Positions 1 through 10,426 are shown, numbered from the stretch's first letter. The stretch: 64,000 nucleotides of DNA from Candidatus Omnitrophota bacterium (GCA_050250375.1 JBFWOS010000003.1:559286-623285); one strand, 5' to 3'. Translations and numbers: made by a program. The notes: generated by a model from the letters alone, not told the origin.

Positions 1-223
1 TGCCAACGAAAAAATAAAAAAACAGACTAAAGTTATTTAGAATTTAACTTCTGGTGATTGGGGAATTGGTAAGATTTTTTGGCTCTTATTGAGTTGAAAA
101 GAGTATACCTCAATTCCAAAAGAATGTCAAAATTAATTTTGAGCGTGAAAAATTGGGCGTTTTCTCCTCTGAATTTTCAGTAATACGGACAATATACTTT
201 CATTTGCATTAACAAAAAGAGCG

Positions 224-232
224 TGATATACT
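224..232 (+). promoter_or_regulatory. Candidate extended -10 promoter element (TGaTATACT) about 50 nt upstream of tRNA-Pro
   Basis: tgatatact at 224-232 fits the TGnTATAAT-like extended -10 pattern. The same TATACT hexamer with a TG extension recurs upstream of other genes in the window. No clear -35. Confidence 0.3.
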
Positions 233-281
233 ACACAAATTCTTGAACCGTAGAATTTCCATTTCAAGTCAATTTTGAGTT

Positions 282-358
282 CGGGGAGTGGCGCAGCTGG
301 CTAGCGTACGTGCTTTGGGAGCATGGGGTCCAGGGTTCGAATCCCTGCTCCCCGACCA
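282..358 (+). tRNA. tRNA-Pro (anticodon TGG), 77 nt including encoded CCA
   Basis: Hand-folded cloverleaf. Acceptor stem CGGGGAG/CTCCCCG. D-stem GCGC/GCGT. Anticodon stem CGTGC/GCATG with loop TTTGGGA (U33, anticodon UGG, G37). T-stem CAGGG/CCCTG with TTCGAAT loop. Discriminator A and 3' CCA are encoded. Confidence 0.85.
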
Positions 359-366
359 TTCTTGAA

Positions 367-411
367 GGGTCAGGCCTTTCTTAAAATAAAGAAAGATCTG
401 GCCCTTTTTTT
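367..411 (+). terminator. Rho-independent terminator-like hairpin plus T-run downstream of tRNA-Pro
   Basis: Imperfect stem GGGUCAG(367-373)/CUGGCCC(398-404) with inner pairing CCTTTCTT/AAGAAAG, followed by TTTTTTT at 405-411. Confidence 0.5.
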
Positions 412-439
412 ATTCCTTTTTGTCGAATAAACTTATATA

Positions 440-3400
440 ATGGTCGCAATGAAAAAGAAGATAACGTTCATCTTATTGGCACTCATGATGTTAGGCACTG
501 TTGCCTTCTTTTATGTCAACCATGTCCTGCTGCCCGGCCAGGTGAAAAGAACCATTGAAAAAAAGATCTCGGAATATACCCAACGGCTTGTGAGTATTGA
601 AAAGATCTCTTTTAAAATCACCAAAGGCATCAGCCTTGAAAATATCCTTATTAAAGAAACAGACGGGCAGAGGACATTCCTGCAGATTGATGAAATTTAT
701 TTTAATATCCTCCTCATCCCTTTTTTAAAGGACAAAACTGTCATCCTTCCAGCGTTAACGGTTAAAAAACCGGCCATACAGGTCATCCACTACGCGGATG
801 GATCATTTAACCTTTCGGATATAGCCACCAAGAAAGAAGCGAAAGCAGCGGATAAAAATTACAAAGTTTTTGTCACCAAGATTAAAGTATCGGATGGCAA
901 AGTGGACTATTTGAAGAAATCGCCGGACCAGGATTTTTCGGAAAGTTTCCGAAACTTAAATCTGGACCTGGCTATTTCGGCCAACAAACAGTTGTCTTAT
1001 CAAATCCGTACATACCTGCCGCTGGAACAATCCGATGTGTCGGCAAAAGGCCAATATTGGCTGGGAAGTCATAAAGTTGCGGCTCAATTGTCCTTAACGA
1101 ATGTCAACATTCTAAAATATTTGCGTCAATTTTATCCGCCGGAACAAATCCGCCTGAATGCCGGCCAGTTATCAAATGCCGAAGTCAATGTTCAATATAA
1201 TCAGGGGAAATTAAATTTCACCGGGGATGCTTATTTGACCAATGCCGACATTCAACTGAACCCTGATGACAAGTTATCCGGAAACATCCGTTTGCTGAAT
1301 GCCTCGGTCCTCATTGACCGTCCTCATATAACCGCTAAGGGGGAATTACGTATTCCGTTGACGAAGGTTGAGTTCGGCCTGGAAAATTCATATGAAGGGG
1401 ATATCCGGGCTATCGTGCAATCCATGACCTACACATTAAACGATCATCATTTTCGTCTGGACGGCAACATAAAAGCCGACAATTCGGAAATCATTTTAAA
1501 AAACAATAATAAATTCAGCGGTAACCTGACTTCACGTGATATGACTTTGAGTTACGAAGATCAAAAATTATCCATTGCAGGGGATTTTGACAGCACAAAT
1601 ACACATTTATATTTCTCGGAGAAACAACAGTATGACGGCCATGTGACCGCCAGAAATTTTTCGCTGGATCAGGCCAATGACCGGTTAACTGTAAAAAGCC
1701 TGCTCAAAAGCGAAAACAGCTATATCATCTTCGGTGAAAATAAGCTGTTGAACAGCAAGATATCGACGGACGATTTTTACCTGGAGCAATCCGGCGGGGT
1801 CTTAACGATGAAAAGTAATTTAAAGTTTGATGAGGCTGTTATTGCTTTCCAGCACGGCTACAAATTTCAGGGGGCTCCGGAATTAGACATTCAATATTCT
1901 CACTCATTTAATAATAACGGAAAACCGGAATTAAAAGGATTGCTCACGTTCAACAGCGGATTAATCACCGGCCTTCCCTACATAGAGACGGCCAGTAACA
2001 TTAACGGGGAACTGAAGATTTCCGACAACAGGATTTACACAAAATCAACCACCTTCAACGCAGAAAATACGAACCTAACCATTGCCGGACAAATCAGCGA
2101 TCTAACAAATATGGATCTTGATCTTCTCCTGTCCACCGAGAACATTGAACTCAAACGGGTCATGAAATTTTTTCCTGATTTTATCCGGAAACATAAAATT
2201 GAACTGGCCGGCTTATCGGCTGTCCAGATCTCCTTTCAGGGAAAATCAGCCGGCGTAAACAACGCGGAAATCAGCGCCGACGCGCAGCTCAAAGATTCAA
2301 CATTAATGGCCAGGAAACTGCCATCTCCTTTCAGGAACATAAACGGGTCCATCCATTACTCCAAAGACCGGTTCAAATGGTCCGATCTGAGCGGGGTCTA
2401 CCAGGACTTTCCTTTCAAAATTGACGGTGAACTTGTTAATTTTTCCAAACCGGTTATCCATACGTCTCTGCTCAGCACAAACCTGAACGCGCGTTCAAAA
2501 ATACAATTATATAATAACACTATCCGTTTTCCTGAATTGGACGCAAAATACTTCCATTCTGAATTTTCCGGATCAGCTGATATTTATCTATTTGAAAATT
2601 CAGCGCCGGACTTTCAGGTGACCGGCCGGGCGGTGGTGGCCGCAAACGATCTGCCGAATTTCTTTCCCGCACACAAAGACAAACTTGTTCCTTTAGAGAT
2701 GGATGGCACCATTGACACAAATGTATTCTTTAAAGGAAAACTGGATCAATGGGAAGACTGGAGCCTTTCCCTCGATGGAAAGACTCCGGCTTTAACCGTC
2801 CGCAAACATCCGTTAACCGGCGTAAAAATCACCTACCTGCAGCGTGATAAAAATATCAGCAAGTTAAATCTGGTTTCGGATCTGTACCAGGGCAAATTGA
2901 ATGTTGTTTCTTCCGTAAATCTCGAAAACAAACAACTCCCTTTTAAATTAACCGTTGATCTGTTCGGCATGGATCTCGCTGAATTGGCCCAGAAACAAAA
3001 ACTGAAATACGATAAGCTGGCCGGAAAAGGCACATTAAATCTAGAGGCGGACGGCAACTGGCTTGATCAGATGACCTGGAAAGGCAAAGGGAAATTTGAC
3101 GTTAAGGACGGATACCTCTGGCAGTTGAATATTATCCAGGGTCTTTCAAATGTCCTCCTAATCAAAGAATTTACCCATACGGTTTACACCACCAGCCGGG
3201 CTGATTTTAAAATCAAAGACAGGAAAATTTACTCAGAGAATCTGTACCTTGAGAGTTCTACCATGAAACTGAATTCAAAAGGCTGGGTTGATTTTGACCA
3301 GAAATTGGACATTGAGGTCTACCCGACATTAAGTGAGATAGCGATGATCCAGTCCGAATCCATCAAAAAAATAACCTCCGCTCTTCTTGCGCAGAATATC

Positions 3401-3538
3401 AGTTATATCAAAGTCACCGGGACCATCAAAGACCCTAAAATTGATGCGAAGACTTCACCCATTGATATCCTGAAAAATACGACCGGCGTGATCAAAGAAG
3501 GCATCGGGGGGATTGTGGACGGAATCTTAAGGCCTTAA
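440..3538 (+). CDS. AsmA/TamB-family outer-membrane biogenesis protein (1032 aa)
   Basis: N-terminal membrane anchor (ITFILLALMMLGTVAFFYV) followed by the typical AsmA N-terminal region. The long remainder is predicted beta-rich and repetitive with no catalytic motifs. It is the only long ORF in this span. Confidence 0.55.
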   Translation: MVAMKKKITFILLALMMLGTVAFFYVNHVLLPGQVKRTIEKKISEYTQRLVSIEKISFKITKGISLENILIKETDGQRTFLQIDEIYFNILLIPFLKDKTVILPALTVKKPAIQVIHYADGSFNLSDIATKKEAKAADKNYKVFVTKIKVSDGKVDYLKKSPDQDFSESFRNLNLDLAISANKQLSYQIRTYLPLEQSDVSAKGQYWLGSHKVAAQLSLTNVNILKYLRQFYPPEQIRLNAGQLSNAEVNVQYNQGKLNFTGDAYLTNADIQLNPDDKLSGNIRLLNASVLIDRPHITAKGELRIPLTKVEFGLENSYEGDIRAIVQSMTYTLNDHHFRLDGNIKADNSEIILKNNNKFSGNLTSRDMTLSYEDQKLSIAGDFDSTNTHLYFSEKQQYDGHVTARNFSLDQANDRLTVKSLLKSENSYIIFGENKLLNSKISTDDFYLEQSGGVLTMKSNLKFDEAVIAFQHGYKFQGAPELDIQYSHSFNNNGKPELKGLLTFNSGLITGLPYIETASNINGELKISDNRIYTKSTTFNAENTNLTIAGQISDLTNMDLDLLLSTENIELKRVMKFFPDFIRKHKIELAGLSAVQISFQGKSAGVNNAEISADAQLKDSTLMARKLPSPFRNINGSIHYSKDRFKWSDLSGVYQDFPFKIDGELVNFSKPVIHTSLLSTNLNARSKIQLYNNTIRFPELDAKYFHSEFSGSADIYLFENSAPDFQVTGRAVVAANDLPNFFPAHKDKLVPLEMDGTIDTNVFFKGKLDQWEDWSLSLDGKTPALTVRKHPLTGVKITYLQRDKNISKLNLVSDLYQGKLNVVSSVNLENKQLPFKLTVDLFGMDLAELAQKQKLKYDKLAGKGTLNLEADGNWLDQMTWKGKGKFDVKDGYLWQLNIIQGLSNVLLIKEFTHTVYTTSRADFKIKDRKIYSENLYLESSTMKLNSKGWVDFDQKLDIEVYPTLSEIAMIQSESIKKITSALLAQNISYIKVTGTIKDPKIDAKTSPIDILKNTTGVIKEGIGGIVDGILRP

Positions 3539-4134
3539 CGGTTTATATATTCTTTAAGTGTCTGCCGCAGAGCCTGCAGGGCATACGCCCGGTGGCTCAT
3601 CTTGGATTTGATGGAAGGATCGAGTTCACCGAATGTCTTGTCATATTTCGGGATCAAAAAATAAGGATCGTAACCGAAGCCATTGGTCCCGCGCGCATGG
3701 GCCGTGATCATCCCGGGACACTCCCCCTCGACAATATCAATCGTTTCTTCATCATCAACCAAGGCGATACAGCACCGGTAGCGGGCCGCCCTTTTCTCCG
3801 GCGGGACACCGTTCAGCGCTTCCATCAGCTTTCGGTTATTGTCGCCATCAGTGGCATTTTCTCCGGAAAACCTGGCCGAATAAATCCCCGGGGCATTGTT
3901 CAACGCCTCCACCTCCAGGCCGGAATCTTCCCCCATGGTTAACTGATTCGTATAGGCGGCGATCGTGACCGCCTTCTTCAGGGCATTTTCCCTGAACGTC
4001 GCACCGTCCTCGATAATTTCCGGAGCACCGGGATAGTCGGCCAACGATGTAATGATCACATTAATTCCCGTCAGTAATTCTTTGATCTCCCTGAGTTTTC
4101 CTTTATTTTTGGTTGCGACAACAAGTTCTTTCAT
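3535..4134 (-). CDS. rdgB: Non-canonical purine NTP pyrophosphatase RdgB/HAM1 (dITP/XTP pyrophosphatase)
   Basis: 199 aa. N-terminus ATKNKGKLREIKELL and ...FGYDPYFLIP... motifs are typical of the Ham1/RdgB family. Stop overlaps the rph start by 1 nt. Confidence 0.85.
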   Translation of the reverse strand: MKELVVATKNKGKLREIKELLTGINVIITSLADYPGAPEIIEDGATFRENALKKAVTIAAYTNQLTMGEDSGLEVEALNNAPGIYSARFSGENATDGDNNRKLMEALNGVPPEKRAARYRCCIALVDDEETIDIVEGECPGMITAHARGTNGFGYDPYFLIPKYDKTFGELDPSIKSKMSHRAYALQALRQTLKEYINR

Positions 4135-4862
4135 CAGATTTTCCCGATTGTTTTTTTCTGGATCATAATTAAATCTTCAATCCCTTTTTTCGCCAGGGCA
4201 AGCAGTTGCCCCAATTGTTCCTGGCTGAACGGGCTGCCTTCCGCCGTTCCCTGGACCTCAACAAATGCCCCGGCCCCGACCATGACCACATTCATGTCCA
4301 TCTGGGCCTTGGAGTCTTCCTGATAATTCAAATCAAGGATCAGCTTGTCATCAAAAATACCGACGCTGACAGCAGCCACTGAATCTTTTAACGGAATCTT
4401 TTCAATCAACCCGTCTTTTTTCATCTTCTTTAAGGCCAACGCAAGCGCGACATATCCGCCGGTAATTGCCGCCGTTCGTGTCCCGCCGTCCGCCTGGATA
4501 ACATCGCAGTCCACCATAACCGTACGTTCCCCCAGTTGTTTCATGTCCACCACCGCCCGCAGGCTGCGTCCGATTAAACGCTGGATTTCCAAGGTCCGGC
4601 CGGCCGTCAAAGACTTGTCCCGGCGGATCCGGGTATTGGTCGAACGCGGCAGCATCCCGTACTCAGCGGTCACCCAGCCCGACCCCGCGCCTTTTAAAAA
4701 CGGCGGAACTGTTTCCTCGACACTGGCTGTGCAGATCACCTTGGTCTGCCCGAATTCAATCAGACACGATCCTTCGGCATGACAGGTATAATCTTTGGTC
4801 ACTTTGATTTCTCTTAACTGATTATTTTTTCTTCCGTCAGCACGTGCCATGGTTGCTCCCAT
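4134..4862 (-). CDS. rph: Ribonuclease PH
   Basis: 242 aa. Near-colinear with E. coli RNase PH by eye: [75 protein letters not shown]. Confidence 0.9.
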   Translation of the reverse strand: MGATMARADGRKNNQLREIKVTKDYTCHAEGSCLIEFGQTKVICTASVEETVPPFLKGAGSGWVTAEYGMLPRSTNTRIRRDKSLTAGRTLEIQRLIGRSLRAVVDMKQLGERTVMVDCDVIQADGGTRTAAITGGYVALALALKKMKKDGLIEKIPLKDSVAAVSVGIFDDKLILDLNYQEDSKAQMDMNVVMVGAGAFVEVQGTAEGSPFSQEQLGQLLALAKKGIEDLIMIQKKTIGKI

Positions 4863-4871
4863 TTTTTTCCG

Positions 4872-5276
4872 TTACTTTTTCTTTGATTTATATTCCGTTT
4901 CTACGGTTGTGCCGATCCCTCCGCGGGGGTTCATCACCACTTTGATCTTAAGCCAGCGCGGCTGGCAGGCCTTGATGAAATCATCCTGCAATTTATTAAC
5001 CAGATGTTCATGAAAAATCCCGACATCACGGTAAGCGACCAGATATAACTTAAACGATTTTAATTCGATGCAGGTCCGGCCGGGACTATAAGAAATGTGT
5101 ATCGTCGCAAAATCCGGAAGCCCTGTCTTGGGACAGATGCAGGTGAATTCAGGAATCTCGAGATCAACTTTATATTCACGGTCATGATATTTGTTTTCCC
5201 AAACTTCTATTTCAGGCATTTTCAGCGACCGGATATTTTCCTGCAGGTCTTCGTATGAGCTTTTCTTGCTTGGCAT
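4872..5276 (-). CDS. queF: NADPH-dependent 7-cyano-7-deazaguanine (preQ0) reductase QueF, small YkvM type
   Basis: 134 aa. Conserved Cys region EFTCICPKTGLPDFATIHISY and E..Y.D motif of the unimodular QueF/GTP-cyclohydrolase-I-like fold. Confidence 0.8.
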   Translation of the reverse strand: MPSKKSSYEDLQENIRSLKMPEIEVWENKYHDREYKVDLEIPEFTCICPKTGLPDFATIHISYSPGRTCIELKSFKLYLVAYRDVGIFHEHLVNKLQDDFIKACQPRWLKIKVVMNPRGGIGTTVETEYKSKKK

Positions 5277-5296
5277 ATGCTATATTCTCCCTAGTA

Positions 5297-6007
5297 TTAT
5301 CTGACTTTCATGATTTTGTGGATCTGCGGTAATATCCTGACATTGCTTAATTGCCGGGAACAAATCGTTTCATATTTCTGACAGAGATTCATAACCCCGT
5401 TACCGAGATCAAACGTATTCGGCTGCAGAATAAATAACATATCCGGATCCACTTCGTAGACCATGTCAACCGACTGCTTGATATCCGCTTCATCCGTCTG
5501 AAGACTGACGACCGTTTTCACAAACACCTCTTTTTTCCGCGCGATCGTTAAAAATTTCCGGTGTTCCTCCCAATACGGACGGCATTGTGTAGAACTGGGA
5601 AGTTTTAAATCCATTGAAACGACATCCAGACGGTCAATCACTTCGCTGAGCTCATCCGGCAAGACACCATTTGTTTCCAGATGGGCCGGCATGTTCGCTT
5701 CGTTCAACATCGGCAATAATTCCTTAATAAATTTATATTGCAACAGCGGCTCTCCCCCGGTTAATGAAACCGAATGGCTGCCCGGCCAATATTTTTGTAT
5801 TTCCGCGAACACCTCTCCAAGGGACATTTCTTTATAGTGTCTTGTTGTATCTCCGATGGAATGCGGAGTGTCGCACCAGACACAATGCATGTTGCATTCA
5901 AAGAACCGGACAAAGACCTGTTTAACCCCTGCGTATTTGCCTTCGCCCTGGATGGATTGAAAAAATTCAATTAGTCTGGCATTCATGTCATGTCCCAATA
6001 TTTTCAA
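5297..6007 (-). CDS. queE: 7-carboxy-7-deazaguanine synthase QueE (radical SAM)
   Basis: CxxxCxxC radical-SAM cluster (CNMHCVWCDT) and QSIQGEG N-terminal motif. The track start at 6007 is a TTG overlapping the queC stop; the first ATG (MNARLIEFF...) is at 5986. Confidence 0.85.
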   Translation of the reverse strand: MKILGHDMNARLIEFFQSIQGEGKYAGVKQVFVRFFECNMHCVWCDTPHSIGDTTRHYKEMSLGEVFAEIQKYWPGSHSVSLTGGEPLLQYKFIKELLPMLNEANMPAHLETNGVLPDELSEVIDRLDVVSMDLKLPSSTQCRPYWEEHRKFLTIARKKEVFVKTVVSLQTDEADIKQSVDMVYEVDPDMLFILQPNTFDLGNGVMNLCQKYETICSRQLSNVRILPQIHKIMKVR

Positions 6008-6663
6008 ATGGCCGGATCTTTATATCCGGCATCTTCAAACCCCTTGGCCCTGAGGACGCAACTGTCACAGGTCCCGCATGGTTTTTTCAGTCCTTTGTAA
6101 CAGGACCAGGTATGCTGGTACGGGACCTTAAGAGCCATCCCTTTTCGAATGATGCCGGCTTTGGTGAGCCTTATTAACGGGGCATAAATCCTGATCGAGT
6201 GCCCCTGCACCCCGGACTTCATGCCTTTTTGCGCGGCAGACTGATAGGCCTTCATAAAATCCGGACGGCAGTCGGGGTACCCTGAATAATCAATCGCATT
6301 GGCCCCGATAAAAACGGCTTCTGCTTTGATCGCCTCGGCATACGACATCGCGAAACTTAAAAAAATGATATTCCTGGCAGGTACATAGGTCGAAGGTATT
6401 TCCTTCGGGTTGATTTTCTTTCTGGACGGGAGTTTAATCGTTTTATCCAGTAATGAGGAACCCAGCCAGGGAAGACTGATGCGGACCACCTGGTATTCAC
6501 ACCGGATGGAACGGGCAATCTTCTTGGCATGGTCGATTTCCCGTTTGTGACGCTGGCCGTAATCAATGATCAAACCATAAGGCCGGAAATTCTTTTCCTT
6601 TGCCATATATAAAATCGTCGCTGAATCAAGGCCTCCGGATAATAAGACAATTGCTTTTTTCAT
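6004..6663 (-). CDS. queC: 7-cyano-7-deazaguanine synthase QueC
   Basis: PP-loop SGGLDS motif (KKAIVLLSGGLDSAT) and C-terminal Zn-binding cysteines (CGTCDSC). The likely true start is the ATG at 6663 (MKKAIVLL...), which forms an ATGA start/stop overlap with queD. The track ORF extends to 6702. Confidence 0.85.
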   Translation of the reverse strand: MKKAIVLLSGGLDSATILYMAKEKNFRPYGLIIDYGQRHKREIDHAKKIARSIRCEYQVVRISLPWLGSSLLDKTIKLPSRKKINPKEIPSTYVPARNIIFLSFAMSYAEAIKAEAVFIGANAIDYSGYPDCRPDFMKAYQSAAQKGMKSGVQGHSIRIYAPLIRLTKAGIIRKGMALKVPYQHTWSCYKGLKKPCGTCDSCVLRAKGFEDAGYKDPAI

Positions 6664-7025
6664 GACTCGTAATAAGATGCGCTCGCCATGTCTGATTCCC
6701 ATACCTGCACTTTAAATACTTTCAAAGAAGCCGCATCCGGACTGTAATTTTGATAAATATATTTTGCAATATTTTCTGCCGTCGGATTAATCGTCTTGAA
6801 ATATTCCAGATCATTAAGGCATTTATGATCTAAAACTTCAAGAAATTGTTTAAACTGCTTTTTTAATACGGCAAAATCCTCGACCATTCCCAATTCGTTC
6901 AAACGGTCAGATTTCATGAACACTTCCACTTTCCAGGTATGCCCGTGCATGTCCTTGCATTTCCCCGGATATCCCCTGAGAAAATGGGCTGAAGCAATGT
7001 CGCCTTTTAATGATAATTCGAACAT
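6660..7025 (-). CDS. queD: 6-carboxy-5,6,7,8-tetrahydropterin synthase QueD (6-pyruvoyl-tetrahydropterin synthase family)
   Basis: 121 aa. Zn-binding CxxxHGH motif (CKDMHGHTWKVEV) and size typical of QueD. Completes a queD-queC-queE-queF operon. Confidence 0.85.
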   Translation of the reverse strand: MFELSLKGDIASAHFLRGYPGKCKDMHGHTWKVEVFMKSDRLNELGMVEDFAVLKKQFKQFLEVLDHKCLNDLEYFKTINPTAENIAKYIYQNYSPDAASLKVFKVQVWESDMASASYYES

Positions 7026-7036
7026 AGTGTTACCTC

Positions 7037-7825
7037 TTAAATCTTGGTCGCCTTGATCTCTTTTCCCAGAAAATTTCTGGCGATCTTGCCGAATTGCTGC
7101 GGTTTATCGGAGACAATAAATTTATATTTGGGCGTCCCTTTTGTTTTAATCATGTTTCTTTCCGTTAATATCAACTTAACCCTTTCCGCGATTTCTTGGG
7201 CCGAATCGACCAGCAACACACCCTTCCCCACTGTATCCTGAATGACTTTTCTTAAAAGCGGATAGTGGGTACACCCTAAAATAAGTGTGTCCACCTTTGC
7301 CTTATTCAAACTGTTGAGATACGTCCGGGCAATGAGTTTCGTTGCCTCCTCATTGAACCATCCCTCCTCGACTAACGGAACAAACAGGGCGCAAGACTGG
7401 GAAACAACCTTCGCCTTGCGGTTAAATTTAAGGATATTCTTGGTGTATTGCCCGCTTTTGATGGTCGCCGATGTGGCAATGACCCCGATACGGTTATTCC
7501 TGGTCAGCCGGGCGGCTTTTTCAGCCCCGGGCCTGATCACACCGAGAATCGGAATCTCATAATTTCTTTTTAGGACCGGAATCGCATAACTCGATGAAGA
7601 GTTGCAGGCCACAACCACCATCTTGACATTCTTTTTGATCAGAATATCGGTATTCTCTTTGGAAAATGTAATGATTGATTCTTTTGATTTCGTTCCATAG
7701 GGTACCCGGGCCGTATCACCGAAGTAGACAATATTTTCGCAGGGCAGATGTTTCATCAACTCTTTAACGACGGTTAATCCACCCAACCCCGAATCAAACA
7801 CACCGATTGCAGAATTTCTGTCCAT
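7037..7825 (-). CDS. murI: Glutamate racemase MurI
   Basis: 262 aa. Motifs IGVFDSGLGGLTV, VVACNSSS and ILGCTHYPLL match glutamate racemase active-site regions. Confidence 0.85.
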   Translation of the reverse strand: MDRNSAIGVFDSGLGGLTVVKELMKHLPCENIVYFGDTARVPYGTKSKESIITFSKENTDILIKKNVKMVVVACNSSSSYAIPVLKRNYEIPILGVIRPGAEKAARLTRNNRIGVIATSATIKSGQYTKNILKFNRKAKVVSQSCALFVPLVEEGWFNEEATKLIARTYLNSLNKAKVDTLILGCTHYPLLRKVIQDTVGKGVLLVDSAQEIAERVKLILTERNMIKTKGTPKYKFIVSDKPQQFGKIARNFLGKEIKATKI

Positions 7826-7833
7826 GGAGCGGT

Positions 7834-8964
7834 TTACTTTCCTCTGGAATAATCCAATAAACTGTTGGCAATGCTTTTTGCGATCTTATCCCTGTAACTA
7901 TCGGATTTCAGAAGCCGTTCTTCCTTGGCATTCGAGACGAAGCCAACCTCAACCAGAACAGCCGGAATAAATGTGTTGCGTAACACATAAAACCCCGCCG
8001 TCTTGGTGCCGCGGTTGTTCGCCCTGAGTGTCCTTGATAAATTTTCCCCCATACTCCTGGCCAGCTTCAATGATTCACTCTGTTTATATTCATACATCAG
8101 GTCTTCAACAATAGACTCAATATTTTTATCTTTCGGGTTAGTCGCTAAGTGAGAAAGGAAAATCTTTTTATTAATCCTGCGATTTTCATCTTCTTTCTCA
8201 GCCTGGGTCAAATTCCGCAAAGCGAACACTTCAATCCCGCTGACGCTTCTTTTTGGGGATGAATTGGCGTGAATACTGATAAACGCGTCCGCTTTGGTCT
8301 TACTGGCAATTTCCGTGCGATCCTGGAGCGTGATAAAATTGTCATCATCGCGCGTCATATAAACCTTGATGCCCTGCCTTTCCAGAATCCGCTTGACCCG
8401 TTTCGAAATATCCAGGACGATATCTTTTTCCCTGGATTTATTTTGCCCCATGGCACCGGGGTCCTTCCCGCCATGACCCGCATCGATAATGACCTCCCTG
8501 ATTTTTTCTATCCTGTAGGAACCGGGCGTAACCGGCTTTCGTTTGTAATCAGTATCCGGCCTATCGGATCTGGCAATATCCTTGGGAGTGACCACGCCCG
8601 TGTTCAGAAGCACCAGTACTTTCTCGTGAAAATCTTTGGGGATGACAATCGCACCTTTTTTCAAACGGAGCGGCTTTCTTAAAACGATTTGTTTTTCCCC
8701 CAGCAAGACAAGGTCGCTGTCAATAAGTGCTGTCGCCGTCATGTCCCCTTTTCTCAAAGTGACAATCTGGGTGACCTGGTCCCAATCCCAAACAATATCA
8801 TAACGCCGGCAAGCGTCTTTGAGATAAACGTCATTCTTGGTATATTTGACATCGGGCTGCTGTCCGGGAGGAACTGTCGCGCATCCGGCGAACAAAATAC
8901 TTAACCCGGCGAACAACATTAATCGCATCTGACGTGGCATAATTTCTGACTTCCTATTTTTCAC
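7834..8964 (-). CDS. N-acetylmuramoyl-L-alanine amidase (Amidase_3, AmiC-like), lipoprotein
   Basis: 376 aa. Lipobox-type signal (LSILFAGC). Amidase_3 signature IIDAGHGGKDPGA...ISIHAN...E in the C-terminal half. Confidence 0.8.
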   Translation of the reverse strand: MKNRKSEIMPRQMRLMLFAGLSILFAGCATVPPGQQPDVKYTKNDVYLKDACRRYDIVWDWDQVTQIVTLRKGDMTATALIDSDLVLLGEKQIVLRKPLRLKKGAIVIPKDFHEKVLVLLNTGVVTPKDIARSDRPDTDYKRKPVTPGSYRIEKIREVIIDAGHGGKDPGAMGQNKSREKDIVLDISKRVKRILERQGIKVYMTRDDDNFITLQDRTEIASKTKADAFISIHANSSPKRSVSGIEVFALRNLTQAEKEDENRRINKKIFLSHLATNPKDKNIESIVEDLMYEYKQSESLKLARSMGENLSRTLRANNRGTKTAGFYVLRNTFIPAVLVEVGFVSNAKEERLLKSDSYRDKIAKSIANSLLDYSRGK

Positions 8965-10426
8965 TTATTGTTTTTGCAGTCACGAACACAATAATTTCTG
9001 TTTTGCGTATACTCCGTTTCTGATTTCTGAACGCAAATCCCAGGAAAGGGATTTCTTCAAAAGGAACATCACGAATCAACGGAATGTCGCTGATCAGAGG
9101 AATCCGACGTTCGGAGTTTACGGTAACGTTCTTAAATAACCCGCCGATTACGATCGTCGCCCCGTCTTTGACGAGAATGTTCATTGTTTTTTCCGCCAAT
9201 GAAAAAACCACCGGCTTAATATGGACCTCAATCTTGTCTTTACCGTACGCCAGCGGTTTTAAATAAAACCGCAGATCTTCTTCCTGGTCTTTGGTTTCAA
9301 GGTTTGATTTTTGCTCAGACATGTCGACGGCGTCCAAACCATTGACAGATATTATAACAGCTTCTTCTTTGGATGCTGTATCTTTCATGTCATCCAAAAC
9401 GGATATATCACCCACCGTCTCCAGGGCCGCCAGCAACACCTTGTAATCTTCGCTGCTGATTGTCCCGAGGCTGATCATTCCGTTCTTACCTTCAATGGAA
9501 TTTTTCATCCCCAGAAAATCAAGGCTTTTATAATCAGAAACAATGGCTTCCCAATCCACTCCCCGGGTGTGTTCATCATTCAGAATGATTTGCAGAATTC
9601 TCGTCTCAAATTTTACTTTTTTATCAGCCTGGTCATATTCTTCAATCTTCTGTTTGATTTCATTCAGTTTGGTGCGCGTATCGGTGATGGTTATGGTCTT
9701 TCTTTCCTGATTAACCGAGATTGCCCCCTTGCTTTCCGATAAAAGATTCTGAACAGCATCCGCCACTTCTCCCGGATCTTTATATTTAAGCGCAATCGTT
9801 AGGTTGTCAATCGGAACGTCCATTTTTTTAATATAGACATCCATGGCGGCCAATTGTTTAGGAAGATCGATCAGGACAAATGTCTGTGTCTGATCGTTAA
9901 ATATGATGCGGCCTGATTCGCTTTTCATTTCATGGAGCACTTCAATGATCTCATCCGCATCCGCGTGCAAAAGCGGGATCATTTTTGTTTGGACTTTTTG
10001 GGTAAACGGATAACCATACCGCTCCTCAAATCCTTTGGCCGTCAAAACGCGGATGATCCCGTTTTCTTCACTGTACGCCAAACCGTTCGTATCCAGGATG
10101 ATCCTCAAGGCATCATGGGCATAGACATCTTTCAAAAAGATCGTGACTTTGCCCTGGATATCCGGGCCGGTGATGACATTCAGTCTCCCTTTTTGAGCCA
10201 ATGTTTCCAGGACTTCATAGATATCTTCATTCTTGGCTTCAAGGATATCAATCTTTATATCTTCTAACTCCGTCCGGTTTTCGAATTCGGTCAAGGCATT
10301 ATTCACCGTGTTGTTCGTGGCCTCCACCTGCGCAGAAGCGTCACTCATATTTATACCTAATAGGCAGACAAAAAACACCGTCTGAATAAAATACCGCTTA
10401 TGATGATTTATTTTCTTCATGTTCAA
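8954..10426 (-). CDS. Secretin-family outer-membrane channel (T4P PilQ / T2SS GspD-like)
   Basis: 490 aa with signal peptide. N-terminal STN/N0-like region (NVITGPDIQGKVTIFLKDV..ALRIIL). C-terminal secretin domain (IPLISDIPLIRDVPF...TEIIVFVTAKTI). Confidence 0.65.
   Translation of the reverse strand: MNMKKINHHKRYFIQTVFFVCLLGINMSDASAQVEATNNTVNNALTEFENRTELEDIKIDILEAKNEDIYEVLETLAQKGRLNVITGPDIQGKVTIFLKDVYAHDALRIILDTNGLAYSEENGIIRVLTAKGFEERYGYPFTQKVQTKMIPLLHADADEIIEVLHEMKSESGRIIFNDQTQTFVLIDLPKQLAAMDVYIKKMDVPIDNLTIALKYKDPGEVADAVQNLLSESKGAISVNQERKTITITDTRTKLNEIKQKIEEYDQADKKVKFETRILQIILNDEHTRGVDWEAIVSDYKSLDFLGMKNSIEGKNGMISLGTISSEDYKVLLAALETVGDISVLDDMKDTASKEEAVIISVNGLDAVDMSEQKSNLETKDQEEDLRFYLKPLAYGKDKIEVHIKPVVFSLAEKTMNILVKDGATIVIGGLFKNVTVNSERRIPLISDIPLIRDVPFEEIPFLGFAFRNQKRSIRKTEIIVFVTAKTISEK

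Noticed and set aside
1-281. Possible small gene or riboswitch upstream of tRNA-Pro
   Set aside because: AT-rich spacer with no ORF of 40 aa or more. No conserved riboswitch-like structure recognised by eye. It is more simply the tRNA promoter region.
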